IMG/VR virus record: IMGVR_UViG_3300030098_005194
Span: 1 to 64,000 of that record
Strand: one strand, 5' to 3'
Length of the DNA stretch: 64,000 nt
Source: a virus
Part shown: positions 46,694 through 60,000 of the stretch, one piece after another
Position numbering within the stretch: the first letter of the stretch is position 1
Layout of the letters: each line of letters starts with the position of its first letter
Program-made: the position numbers and the translations under genes
Notes under the pieces: model-generated
What the model was told of the DNA's origin: nothing
The model's database searches: none
What the model saw: the letters and a program-made list of their open reading frames with translations, nothing else

Positions 46694-48087
46694 TAGAACA
46701 CCAAAAACCTCTCATCTGCTTCTTTTTTACCGAGTCCAATCGTTTTTGCACTACCGCCTATACTAACTCTGTTTGCGTTACGGCCTATTAGAAGAGGTGT
46801 ACCGCTAACATCTGTCACAGTGAGGAGAAGGGTGGTCTTTATATCAATTTCATCAAAGAAACCGTAGTCAACTTGCTTTATTTGCTCATTTAGGTCATCG
46901 CTGGTTATCTCTTCAGCTATCGCTTCGTCCTCAAACACGGACCTGATTGCTGTATCAGCACCTGATTCTAGTGTAAGGAAAGTAAAGTCGCTTAGTTGTG
47001 AGGCTAACATGTGGCTAGCTGACATGACGACATATTTTCTGTTGCCGTAACTAACAATCTCTCCCGGTCTTATGAACCAAGATTTTGGATGGCCTTTTGT
47101 TTCCATTCTCGTTGCTAGGAGTCTGTTTGCCTTGAGCATCTGTCTTGCTACGGACCTTGACTCCTGTTCTGACATTATAGAATTATCAAAGTGCGGCATG
47201 GGTTCCTCTGCAATTTCGATATTGAACCTGCCTTGTTGAGTAGCGTCATTGAGAGTAACAGATGAATTGTCATTCAAGGCGATTTGACGACCGACCACTG
47301 TAACTCTGTTTGCACTGTCATCCACTGTGTTGGTATTTTCACTGTCCGTTCTCAAACTCGCTGATAGGAAATGTGGTTTTCTAGAATAGTTGAAAGGTAT
47401 GAACAATAAGTTGCCATGCATGTCGTAATCTAAGATTCTATTATCCCTTCTTCCCAAAGTCGTGAGAGCTGTCATCAGGCTGGCATTGTTGAAATTATGA
47501 GCGAAGAAAGTCTTGCTGTGTTTTTGCCTCTGTGTTGTTGCGTTAGCCACGGACAAAGGCTCGCCTATTGAAAAAGACGTTACTGTGCCATCTAGCTCCT
47601 TGCCGATTTCCAAAGCCAAATCAGTTGTTCTAAATCCTACGTTTATTGGCTGACCCATTTTCACCTCATCAGAAAAACCAAATGTTGACAGATTTTCATT
47701 TTTCATATTTGGCAAATGAACTCTTATTTTTTTATCCAAAACCTCTATTTTTTGTCTTAAAAGACGTTTTTTATTATCATTAGCATCATACAAAATTTCT
47801 GATGAAGAGTCATTTCCATATGGCGTAAAAATATTTTCTTCAAAGGTATGACCCGGAGTTTTTGTGTGTGACACAAGCAAGGAGGACTCCTCTTCCTCTA
47901 TCCTGTAACTGCCTTCTTTTGATACTCTGTAGGAAGTTGTGGAAATTGTGACTTTTGGTTTTTCAGATTGTTGGGACTCGTATTTTCCGTAGTGCAGAGC
48001 GTTGTCAACAAAGACTGGTTTTCTGATATCTACCATAACCTCAGTTAGCGATTCGGAAAAAGCACCCTTGGTCGATTGTATCCTCAT
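46693..48087 (-). CDS. tail/baseplate hub-like protein (tentative)
   Basis: Position in the tail operon; C-terminal IRPGEIVSY..KYVV.SASH pattern. Confidence 0.5.
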   Translation of the reverse strand: MRIQSTKGAFSESLTEVMVDIRKPVFVDNALHYGKYESQQSEKPKVTISTTSYRVSKEGSYRIEEEESSLLVSHTKTPGHTFEENIFTPYGNDSSSEILYDANDNKKRLLRQKIEVLDKKIRVHLPNMKNENLSTFGFSDEVKMGQPINVGFRTTDLALEIGKELDGTVTSFSIGEPLSVANATTQRQKHSKTFFAHNFNNASLMTALTTLGRRDNRILDYDMHGNLLFIPFNYSRKPHFLSASLRTDSENTNTVDDSANRVTVVGRQIALNDNSSVTLNDATQQGRFNIEIAEEPMPHFDNSIMSEQESRSVARQMLKANRLLATRMETKGHPKSWFIRPGEIVSYGNRKYVVMSASHMLASQLSDFTFLTLESGADTAIRSVFEDEAIAEEITSDDLNEQIKQVDYGFFDEIDIKTTLLLTVTDVSGTPLLIGRNANRVSIGGSAKTIGLGKKEADERFLVF

Positions 48088-51000
48088 GGTGAGTCCCCGC
48101 TATGGTCATCAGTTCCGAATGTTACATCACCTTTGTGGCCTTTCGGATGGAGAGTTTGTGAAAATCTTGGTTTTACCGAGAAGTCACCAGCTCTCACTGA
48201 ATCAGCCCTGTGATGCTGTAAGGTGTTCTCAGACACCAATAATCTACCAACACCAGTTGTCAAATCGGTGTTGTCGAAGGAAGACTGCTCGCTTGTTTGT
48301 ATTGTAGGGCCCTGTGAGCTTACAGTCCCGTAATCACTCGTGAACAAGACAACTGGGTAGTAAGGGCCGTTGGCATTCGGATTTGATGAGCCCACATAGA
48401 AAGAAGAGCTAGCTGGATTGTCCACTTCGTAATTGAAGTAACCGTACTTGCCACCAGATGTGAAATTCAGATAGCCTAGTGTGTATTGAGGTGAGCTAGA
48501 GTGTAAATTGTCATTCAGTCTGTACATTTCCACATGTCTGTTGTCCAATTGTCTTATCGGTCTAATTAGGAATTTTACTGACTTATCGGTTCTGTTGTTT
48601 GGTTTTGTTGTGAGTTTTCTAGTGGCGTTTTGATATGGATTGGATGATTTTGTAGGGGAGGCAATGTTGTTCTTGCCCCAACCAGTGTCATCAAAAGAAC
48701 CAGCGTAACTTCTGACTTCCAAGATGTAGGAGCCACCATACGGTCTGAATGAGTTTGTGTGTGAGAATCTCAAAATTCCAGAGGCTAACGAGCCATCAGA
48801 CTGCCTAGAGAAAGACGTTGGTATGTCTATATTAGCTGCAGTTCTGGCATCTCTTTGTAGTGATGCACTCAAAGACACTCTCTGTCCCATGTTACGGTCA
48901 GTGTGGAGGCTGTGTGCCTCTGTTGTGATGGCTACGTGATTCTCCTCCAATCCGTCATACAAGGGGGCGTCTATGCCTATTCTTGGGCTGGTCCTGCTTA
49001 TTGGCTCCAGATGCTTGCTAGAGCCTACTATGGTGTCTGTTCTGCCTCCCACGTTAGCCTCTGGCTTGAGAAGCCCATCCTCTGAGATTGATAGCTTTGA
49101 GCTTATGCCACGCTTTATCTCATCGGCTTGCAGTACATCGTTACGGGGTCTTGTGAAACCAGCGCCAAGAGTTGGCTCACTAGTGTTGGAACTGAGGACT
49201 ACACCAGTTTTTTCATCTGTAACTGAGACATCAGTGAAAATGCATTCGTTGAAGGATGTGGGGTATCTAGAACCCCTCCCGTTGCCCATGCAACCCACCC
49301 TGAGTGAATGTACAGGGGAGAATACGTCCACTAGGTCATTGTTACTACCGTTTAGATTGGAGTCGTTTTGTGTGCCTCCAAATCTAGGAACGGTAAAATC
49401 TGCTGTAACACTTACATTTCCACTGGAATCAATTACGTTTTTGACATTGAAAAGTGGTTTACCACCATTCCAGATTCTATCGAACGGGGTATTGCTACCC
49501 ATCTTGTACGCATTGCCGCAGTCCCATGCTGGTCTGATACCGAATCCACGCACTGGGGCACGCCTTACGTCCTCTCCACGCTCATTACCCCACCAATCTA
49601 CCAAATAGTATTGAGATGCCTCAGATAGCTCTGTAATGCCCTTTGGCTCACTATCGCCCCACCAGTCCCTTTGCACAGTTATAGACTCCGACGTATCAGT
49701 GGCAGGGTTTCTAAGCGTGCGTAACGGTGTACCGAAAGGCCGTGTCATCCTTCTTCCTTGTGCGTAACGCACCTGATGGCCAGCTATGTCGTTGTTCAGC
49801 ATACCAGTGAAATTCGTGCTTCTCTCCAGTATGCCCGTGTAAGTGAGTGGTATGCTTCCATGGCTCTCCATCTGGATTATTGGGCCAGAATCGTAGTTTG
49901 TGGTGTTAAAAGCGCTACCAGAGGCGGTTCCCTCATAGACAGCGCGAGCTGGGAGAAGACCCCATCTGGGTCTGTTGTAGGCTTGCCGTACAGCGATACG
50001 GTATCCAAAGGCTCTTCTCTTTGTATCTGAGGTGGACGAGCTGATTCCGCTAGAAACAGAGTAACTACCGTCATCGTCGTCATCTACCCAATTTAAGCCC
50101 ATTTGGTCATAATCACCCGGTTTGCTCCAAGAAGCAGAAGCTATTGTGTATTCCTCCAAACTACTGGCTTGGGGGCCGCCCCTGCTACCACAAGGCCAGT
50201 ATCTGTTGTATAGGACACTTCCAAACTCGCTACCAGATGCACCTCCAGCATCATTGTTAGCATCAACAGTATGTACACCACCCGTTGCATCAGTAGTTCT
50301 TTGTGCTTTTACTTTGAGTGAAAAAGGACCTAGACTCATTGCATATGTAGCAGAGTGATAATGTATAGTTTCATAATGCTCAGGTAGTGCATTATACCTG
50401 TCAGCATCAACAGGTTCTGCATTCCAAGCACGACTAGTGCTTTCTGAAAATATAGTATATGGCCTACCTAGATTCTCATGCCATAAACATAGGAATGCAT
50501 CTGGTGGATTTAGGTTGTTAGTATCTCTAGTACCTAATTTAATATCATCTAAATTAGTTGCGAATATGCTTTTTGTCCTATCCTTAGCATAAGTATTCTC
50601 AGATATTGTATTGTATGTGCTTGAAAGTGTAATCTCAGCACCGTCAAATATATTGTTTAGGAAGTTGGTACTAGTTGCAGTGCTTGGTAAGGTGAATATA
50701 GTTGGTATATTTATCTCAGATGCACTAAATCCACTACGTGATGTATATGGTGCAGAATACGTTTTTCCGTCCTTTCCGGTGTATTGTAGGTGCTTTCCGA
50801 ATCTAGGTAGACTAGGGAAACTACTTGCATTGTCAACTGTTATTTTTCTCGTACTTGTATTGAATGATTGTACTATACATGTAGGTATATTAGATGTATT
50901 TTGAAGTATATGTGAGTATATGTCGGGGTATATTGTAGGGTATCCTTGCATAGTTAGTGTATTTCCTATACTTCCATATGTACTTCTAGAATGTGAATAG

Positions 51001-54000
51001 TAATTATGAGGCGCACTTTGTGCTAATCCTCTGAAGCCCTCATCATTTGATAAGTCATCACTAGCTATATCTGCGAATAAAACACTCCACCAAGGTACAT
51101 TCAAAGTAACTCCGGGTGTTGAATCTGAAAACATTGGTGAGTAAGGGAATCCCCTTCTTGAAAAGGAAGGACTCTCATTCAAATTTACACCATATGGGTT
51201 GTACAAAAGTAGTTTTGGTATATTTGTAAATTGACTTCCGAAATCAGGATTGATGTCCAGCATCATTTCGTTTATCATTACTTCACACCCTCTGACATCG
51301 GCTTCAGTAGAGCGAGCCAATACTAGTGTCATAGCACCAGTGTTGGATTCATCATGCTTTATTCCGATGACCGTATTGACTTGTTGAGCTGTTAATGCAT
51401 AGGTTGTGTCATCTGCGCCGCCTAGTTGATTGCTGAAAAGATTGGGCTGTATGACAATTTGGTACGCCCCCACTTCAGCCGGGTCTGGGAAGTGATTTGC
51501 TAGCGTGTAGCTGGAGGCAGCCTGTAACGTGATACTGTGTCCACCTGCCTTGTTTATCGTACCAGCATCCCCCTGACTACCCAAAACCCCGTAACCGTCC
51601 CATTTTACAGCAGTTTCAAACATTAATGTGAAAGCACCACCGTGTAAGTCCGAAGGACCGCTAGGTGCAGCGTTTATCGCACTGAAGTTTATTTCTGCTT
51701 CCATTGGGTTTATGCTGTTTCCTATCGATAAGTCATCTTTTGTTGGTACGTTCTCAGCGCTGGCTTTTATTGCGTCCGACAAAATTTTTCCATCCATTGT
51801 CTGTCTTAGCATGTTTTGCTCGGCTCTGTGTTTTTTGTACAGGGACTGGTACACTGGGTGAGCCCAATGGCCCGGTAGCATGGGTTGGGTTGCATTCACG
51901 TAATGATGGCCCATTCTTGGATATGGCATGGGTGTCATTACGGGTTTTGTGTATCTGTCGTAAGCGTTTGTCACACTAGTGATGTACTCAGTATGTGCCA
52001 TATCAGGGGAGTTTCCGCTTACTTCAGCATGGTCACGTAGTCTTCTTGCTGCGAAGAATCTGTTGCTTCCTGCGGGTATGTAAAAAGATGGCACTAGAAG
52101 CAATGTGTCTGACGTAGCAGCTAGAGTTGTGAAATTTGCATCAGCCTTTACACCCGTGAAAGTGCTACCAGAAATGCCTGTATAGGTAGCTACACCGCTT
52201 TCTCCGGTAGTGGGATTGTACAATCTCATGTACCTTCTATCATCATTTTCTTCCCTTGAGCCAAAGTCTCTGGTTTCTTTGAATGTCAAAGTACCATTAG
52301 TCACGCTACCCCCAGTAGTAGCTGCGCTTAACTCAAAGGAAGTGCTGTTCGATATGCTGGATATTATTGCGCCTGTTGGTATGCCTGTACCAGAAACTTG
52401 CATTCCTATAACTAGGGAGGCAGTGCTATCTATCGATACACTGGTAGAGTTATTGTAATCACATGTGGCGTCCGTGAAAGTTCTCTTCCAGACATGTACG
52501 TTTGGAGCGGCGTTTACAGTGACAACTCCACTGGAGAAAGAAACGAATGTCAGAGTTTGTGTCTCTACGTCATTTGCAGCAGAGTTGGAACCAGTAGTGT
52601 ACACGTTTGGATACCTGTGTGTGCTACTATGTCCCATCTTCGTAACATGGAAGAAAAGCGCCCTATCGTGCAATTCATACGAGTTTTTGAGAGTAGCAAC
52701 ATCCAAACCGCCTACCTTTGATTTTTCGTTAACTGGGTCGTAATGCTCCCATCCAACCTCCTCGTAAGTGGGATGTCCCTGCCCAATGCCGTATGTGGTA
52801 TCATAGAAGCTACTCAGCCTAGTTGAGTTATCACCGGGGTGTTGCATGCCACCAGAACCAAAAGTCTCGTTTTGATACGCCTGTATGGGGTCAAAACCAG
52901 AACGAACCACTAAGTTGCCCGGTATGCTATCCGGATTTGGCAGTTGTACCGCTAGTCTTGGTTTGAGTCCAGAATTAGCTAAAGCAGGTCCCGTCTTATT
53001 TTCTGTTACATTACTGAAGACACCAAGACCAGCATCGAACACGGTCGTTGTTTCTTGTGAAGTAAATTGACTGAGATTGAAAGTTCTGATGATTGTACCA
53101 AGCGGGCTTCCTCCTTCTATGACATGCTCTTGCCCAGCATCGTCAACAACCAAAATTTCCTCAAATTGAATTTCTTCATTTGGAATTTGTAAAATATTTT
53201 TTACATTGAAAATATTTTTTTCTGAGAGCTGTGGTTGGGAAATTTCTTGTGCTTGTAACACTGGCATCATAGCAGAATTGGTTGTTTCAAACGAAAAACG
53301 CACATTTCCATAAATTTTTTCTCCAGTCAAATATTTTGTATTGCTTTTTACACGGGTCACGAAAGGCACTGCACCAAGCCCTCTAGCATCCAAAGTAGGT
53401 AGACTTAGGTTACCTCCATCCATTCTTTTCCAAACAATATTTTCTACAGAAAAATTCTTTGCTGCAAATTTTTTCTGAGTTTGGAAACCATTTACATCAG
53501 ACAACCAATACTGATTTGAGAAGCCTGTTTCAGCCGTGTAAGCAGTGCCAGAATATTTGTCTTCAGCCACATTTCTTTCTGCTTCACCAGATTGTAGATT
53601 GAATGAACCGGGAGAGAAATCCAAGTCGTGTATCAAATCACCAGTCTTTGCTCTGTCTGGCGTGGCGTTGGAAAGTTTGGTATCTGAAGAAGGAGCGCTA
53701 TGCATGTACTTGTAAGCAGGAGTCCCTCCAGTTGGGAACAAGTCATCAATCCAATTGGCATCTATGGTATCCACTGGAACTGTTGTGCCATCGGCAATCA
53801 GAGCCTCTACGTTTGGCCCAGCATTTGCTGGCGCTGTGTATCTATCCTGACCGTGAATCCTATCGTCCCATATCGTAGTGCCAGAATCAGAGATGTCCTC
53901 CTCCTGTCTCAAATACAGCCAATCCCCAACAGCGCTTGTACCGTCCCTGTCTCTTTTTGCCACAAGTGCTAGCTCGCTTTCATAAGAAACAACTAGGAAA

Positions 54001-57000
54001 GCAGATGTGTAGACTCCTTGTGATTTTTGTAGCTCGTCGGGTAAAATGCTAGTGTTTGATGTATTTGCGTGCGACATCACATAATTTGTTGGGTCGGAAA
54101 AGAGATTGTTCGGTGCAGCGTCTTCTGCATCTTTGTAGTTGTAACTTCTACCGTATGACGAAAATGTGTTATTAGAATAGATACTATCAATGTATCCTTT
54201 TTGATTTGTAGCACTTTGCCCACCGTCTATGACTGGTGTGCTTTCGGGACTTCCGAACAGTGGTGCAATGAGAGGGAGCTGTCCATACGTATTCATCACA
54301 GTGCCAGCCGACCCATATGGAGAGAAATTCAGGAAGGGGTGGTACGCCCCTAAACCAGCAGCATAACCAGTGGTATTCGTAGTGGTGGTATTTTTTGTGA
54401 CACTGGTTGTAATCTTGAGACTGTTGAGATAGGAGTACCTTTCGCCATGCCATCCAACAGCTCCCACTGGTTTTGTTCTATCTACAGCATCCACTATGCC
54501 TGAGAAGTGAACTTGTGTCATATGCTCACGACCACTACCACTCTCGTTGTCGTATCTAATGACCCCGCTCTTGGACCACACATAGAGGTTCTTTGATGAG
54601 GAAGGTGTGACGCCACCGTTGTCGTGCAAGAAATTTGCGTCAGGAGATGAGGCGTTTTCTTTTCTGTTGGGGGCAAGATAGAATCTTGCTTTGAAATCCG
54701 TTCCACTCAATATTATCTGCTTCATGAAATAACATGCATATGAAGCAGCATTGGTTGTGGAACTATTATCGATGTCACCCCTAATCCAACCTGAAGCTGG
54801 TAGGTTCTCAAGAAGGTCCCTATTGCTTGTGGCAACGCTTTCTATGTAGTACGGATGACTGCTGTTTTGGTATGTACCTGTTGCTGCGCCTATGTCTATC
54901 CAGCCGTATCTGTCTTGTCTCATTGCATTCCCCATGGAAGGCATATGTGTGCCTCCTATTGCCTTCAAAGCGCCTTTTCCGGGGAATGTGTTTATTGCTG
55001 CACCTAGTACGGTGGCAAGCTCCTCTCCATTCTGACAACGTGTAGCATCTACTGCTATGTATTCCATATCGGTGTCTTTGTCGGCTATCGTCGTACTACC
55101 AGTGACAATGCTCTTCAACATCGCTCCAGCCACACGGAAAGCAGTTGGATTGATTTTGCTATATCCACTAACAGATATTCTAGCGTCATTTTTTGGTGGG
55201 TTGAAAGTCAGTTGGTCATCTAACCAAGAACCACCGGGATGGAAGCCACCGTCCATGTGGAACACGGTGTCTGCTGCCATTGCTATACCGAAGCCAATGA
55301 AGGGAGTATGCCTGAGTGGTTGTGTTCTGTCATCAAAAGTAGACTCATCCCAAATCATCTGGCCGTACATTCTACCGTGTGAGGGCCTCTGTTTGTATGT
55401 ACGTCCCAAGGGATAGCCAGCGGGTGATTCCCAGTTCACCATAGCACGCCAATGATAAGCAGCATTTGCTAGATACTCTGTTTTATCGGGTGGCAGGTAA
55501 TCCCTATCCTCGTTGTTTATGTGATTGTGGAAGGCTTTAGTCATCAAAGGAACCTTTGAGAATGAGTTACCAGTGGTAATCACACGACCCGGATGTGGTT
55601 CTTTTGGATTCGATACTGATGTCTCCTCCCTTATTGGGAATGCCTGACCGGGACCAAAAACAAGGTAAGTCGTCTTATTGTCCACTCCATTCACATGGTC
55701 GTCATACCTTGCTGTCGGATGAGGGAACCTCAATACCAAAGGCACTGCTTTTGCCTTGACTACACCAGCGGCATAAGTCGTACCGCCCATATCCAAATCA
55801 GTGCTTAACACGTTATCCTTGTTGAAAAATGGAGGTAGAGCGCTCGCTCTGTGCTGATTGAGCAGAGCTGTACCGGGGAAGAAAGCTAATATGGCATTGC
55901 AGTCCAACATTGCGAAGCTAGTGGATATCTCGTTGGCGTTTTGAATCCCCGCTGTACCAGTGGGCCCGTTAGCGTAAGGGTGGGTGTAGAACTGCGAGTA
56001 GTCATTGTTGCTACCATCATTCACATCCATGACAACGCCACTGAATCCGCCACCGAAGAATAGTGGTACGCTGTGGTCGGGACTAGACTTACCGCCTCTG
56101 AAGAGGACTATTGGTTCTGAGAAGACGCTTCCTATGGAGCGTATGCCAGCGAATTTTCTCTCTAAGTGCAGATGTAAAAACTCGTCTTGTGCGGGTCTTG
56201 TACTGGGCCAATTTACCTCAGTATCAGAAAACCATTTCATACTATTGTTAGAAGCGAAACTAGCGCTGTCATTCACACTTTCAACCACAGCGTACTTCTC
56301 ATTATCGAGATAGACGACTGCTTTCTGACCTATCGAACGAGAAGCATCGCCACTGACAAAACTGCTAGCTGGTATTAGGAAATGATATGCGTTTGTGACA
56401 GTTTTGAATTGATTATTAGTGGCCCAATTTGAATCAGTAAACTCGCTTCTGTCAATTTGTAGAATAGGATTGTCTATCTTTGGGATTATGTGGTCGCCTG
56501 ATACGGAAGTGTAGGACTCACCAGTGAGATTCTTTCTCCATGCTACAGTAGAAACTGGGTTATTATCGCTATCTACGAACACAGGTGTGGCTGTGTTGGT
56601 GTTTGGACCGACTCCCTTCGTTCTTATTTCCAACAGAGTTTTTGGTATGTAACCACAATCTATTCTCATACCAGCGTCTATCTCAGCATCCGTGAATGCA
56701 TCATTAGTACCAAAGTCCCACACACCATCAGCCGTCAACTCAGCTTTCTGTATCTCACCAAACTCCAGATGTGCCGCTTGTATCCCCAAGTCTGGTGCGA
56801 CTACGGCACTAAATAGCTTTGAAAGTGGCGTGACGTTCCTCTCTGTATTGAAAGCAACAATCTGTATGGCATCGGGTGTAACGCCCCACTCACCGAAGGT
56901 TCTACCATCAGCGGCGTACATGGAAGTGCAATCGAAGAAAGTAACGCTATTCGCATCTTCCTTGTTTATTGCAGCCGCCGTAACAGCGCTCATCAACTCA

Positions 57001-60000
57001 TCAGTAACTAAGCAACTCCAGTTGATGGTTGGAGATACTAGCTTAATATCAGTTCCAGATGTAGCTGGCGCATTTTGTACGTTGTAGAAGGTATTTCCAT
57101 CCCTTCTCTCATATGATACCACCCTTCCAACTTCGTCATCTTGGGAAGTTACGGCATCGGTCATTTGTAACACACCATTCTCAAGTGGGAAGCCGAGATA
57201 CCCTAAGATGTCAGGATGGGGATGAGTGAAAGTAAGAGTACCGTTAGTTACTGAACCGCCTGTAGTAGATGCACTCAACTCAAAAGTAGTGGCATTCGTT
57301 ATGCTAGATACAGTAGCACCAGTGGGTATACCTGTTCCCGACACAGCCATGCCCGGTACTAGAAATGCGGTACTATCCATGGTTATGGTCGGGTCATTGT
57401 TGTAATCGCACGTAGCATCAGTGAAGCGGTATGGTGCGCTCAAAGTAGCAGTGAAACTGGTTGATGCGAAAGCCAAAGACATCCTCACTGCAATCTCAGG
57501 CGCTGGCTTCGCATTCCAACGAGCGCCTCTCCAACTCTGGTCAGTGAATGAGCTAACTAACCTACCAGTGGCGTCACCAGAACCCATCATCGAGGTACCA
57601 ATCGTAAAACCACCTTGAGAGGAGGACCTGTCATCGAAGAAGACGCATATCTCATCTTGTAGGGTATCAGGAGTCTTGGTGTTGGTATTGGCGAAGACCT
57701 GTCCCCTTCTGCTGTAGATGAATCTGATACCATGCTCACCACCCAGATGGTCCCTAAGTCTGAAGCCGTAGAGCTGTCCTTTCCCTATGTTCTCCTCGTC
57801 AAGCATATTGGCTGATATGTGTGAAGAGTATGTTCTTGTTGTGCTTGAGCTACCATACCTAGCGTTGTAAGTCGATTCGCCATTCTTGCCAAAGCCCCAA
57901 GTTCCGGCCACTGGAGCCCAACCGGGAACACCAGTTGCCACCAGACCACCGAAGTTTATTCTTGATATCGCTCTCTTCCCAATCCTCAGACCGTTGACCA
58001 GAGTTGAGGTGCTGCCCTCCAAGTCAAAGGAGTCCCTGTTGATGCTGTTGTGATTCTTACCGCTTATGACATCAGAGATAGACATGAAATCGGTCTTTTC
58101 CTCCGTACCAATGTCAGCTACTGATACTACGTCTTCTCCACTCTCATCGCTGTCAATGTACTGCTTGAGCGTGGTGATTGGGGCGAATGGCCTACCGTTC
58201 TTGTCAAGAGGCATGGGAGCAGGATGCATGTTCTCACCCTCCCTCTCGTCTGGAAGGGCCCAGAAATTCCTCCACCTACCACCGTGTCCTATCAGGAACT
58301 CTGGTTTGTACGTAGTCTGAGATGTGCTGTTGTCCAGCCAGACGCAGAAGTTTCTACCTGATGCGCCGGGAACTGTGCTGTGAATCACTATGGTGTGACC
58401 GATATTACCATCAGCATCCTCAACTTCTCTTCCCAAGTGTGCCCTTAGATAGCCCATGTGAGTGCCAGAGTCTGTGCTTGTGAAAGCTTGGTTGACATCC
58501 CACCACACAGCAGGGTCGTGCGCTGAACCACCACCGACTATGGCTGTTGAAGTAACATTCAAACCAGCATCAAAAACTTCTACAGTCTTACCCATTCTAG
58601 CATTCAAAGCACCATACTGATTGATTTTTCTGACTATTTCAGTGACACCTGAAAGCACATCAACAACGCCTTCCTTCTCTGCTATCTCACCTGCGTCTAT
58701 TGTGAGTCTTCTGACGAAATCCATGTCAGTCCATTGTGGTAGGTGTTTGATGCCTCTTAGCCCACTGCTCTGGTTAGCCTCTGCGTGACTGCTTAAGTCT
58801 AGTGAGCTAGAGCGAATGCCCTTGAGACAGAGGAAGGCTGGTATGACACGAGTGCCATCTGGTGTATCGAAGAACGTGGATGGGTCACGTAGTGATTTGC
58901 CTGATACCTCTCTGAACTTAACCAACGAGTCAATAAAGCTCCTAGCGCTTTTTCTTGATAGGGAATGCCTGTCGATGGCTCTGTTCAGCGTAGTTACACT
59001 TTCCTGTGTTCTAGGAGGCGTGCTGAATGAGTAGGATTGATTCGATGCTGCACCATTTATGCTGAAGCCTACGTGAACGTGGTGACCATGTGCCTTACCA
59101 AACAATCTGGAGTAATTATTTATTCTAGCGTTGTTAGTTCTAGTAAATGTCAGTGTCGTATTCGTGTTAGTAGCTGTGGTATCATGACTTAAAGTGAACA
59201 CGGTAGAACTATTGATAGCACTTATTGTTGCACCGCTAGGAATACCAGTGCCAGAAACTCCCATTCCTATTGATAAAAGTGATGTGCTGTCCATCGTAAT
59301 ATGTCTAACACTAGTCGTTGAACCATCACTAAGACCGCTAGTGTGATTAGTATCACAAGTGGCGTCAGTAAAAACGTCAGAATAGACAGTTTGACCTGTG
59401 AGGTCATCGCTCTGCTTGTTGGCTAAGTCATGTGCATATGCGCTCTCTATGAACTTGGATTGCTGTGTTGAGCGAATGTACCTGTTTTGAGAGGGGAAGC
59501 CATTAGCTACGTCTATCTGTGTGGTCCAAGCATATGGAGCGGCACCGTTAGTAGCTGGGAGGCTAACAGCCAAGTCCGTCATAGTCGTGTCAGTGTTTTC
59601 TACTACATGTCTGTTCCAACCTATGTGAGTAGCATCAGCCGATGACTGAACCTGCATGTGAATGTCTTGGAATGCAATGAACTCCCTGTCATGTACAACA
59701 TCATAGAGCAAGACCCTAGCATGTCCCTCATTGGCTAGGTATGGGTCTACGTATGCCACAGTGGGTGCTAGAGAAGCAGATAGACCAAGAGACACATAGT
59801 TCTCCTCAATCGTTCTGTTGACGTGTTGAGCGTAGTTTCTGGCAGTCTCAAGGGCGTTAGCACCTATCAGGAAGTTCTCCAATGGTATGCTGTCTCTGGG
59901 GTTGCTAGCGGCTAAAGTTCCCTCCCCACCATTGAACTCGCTCCAGACCTCACCCTCGTTGTAGACACCCCTGCTCTTGGCAAAGAGTCCCTCAACGGCA

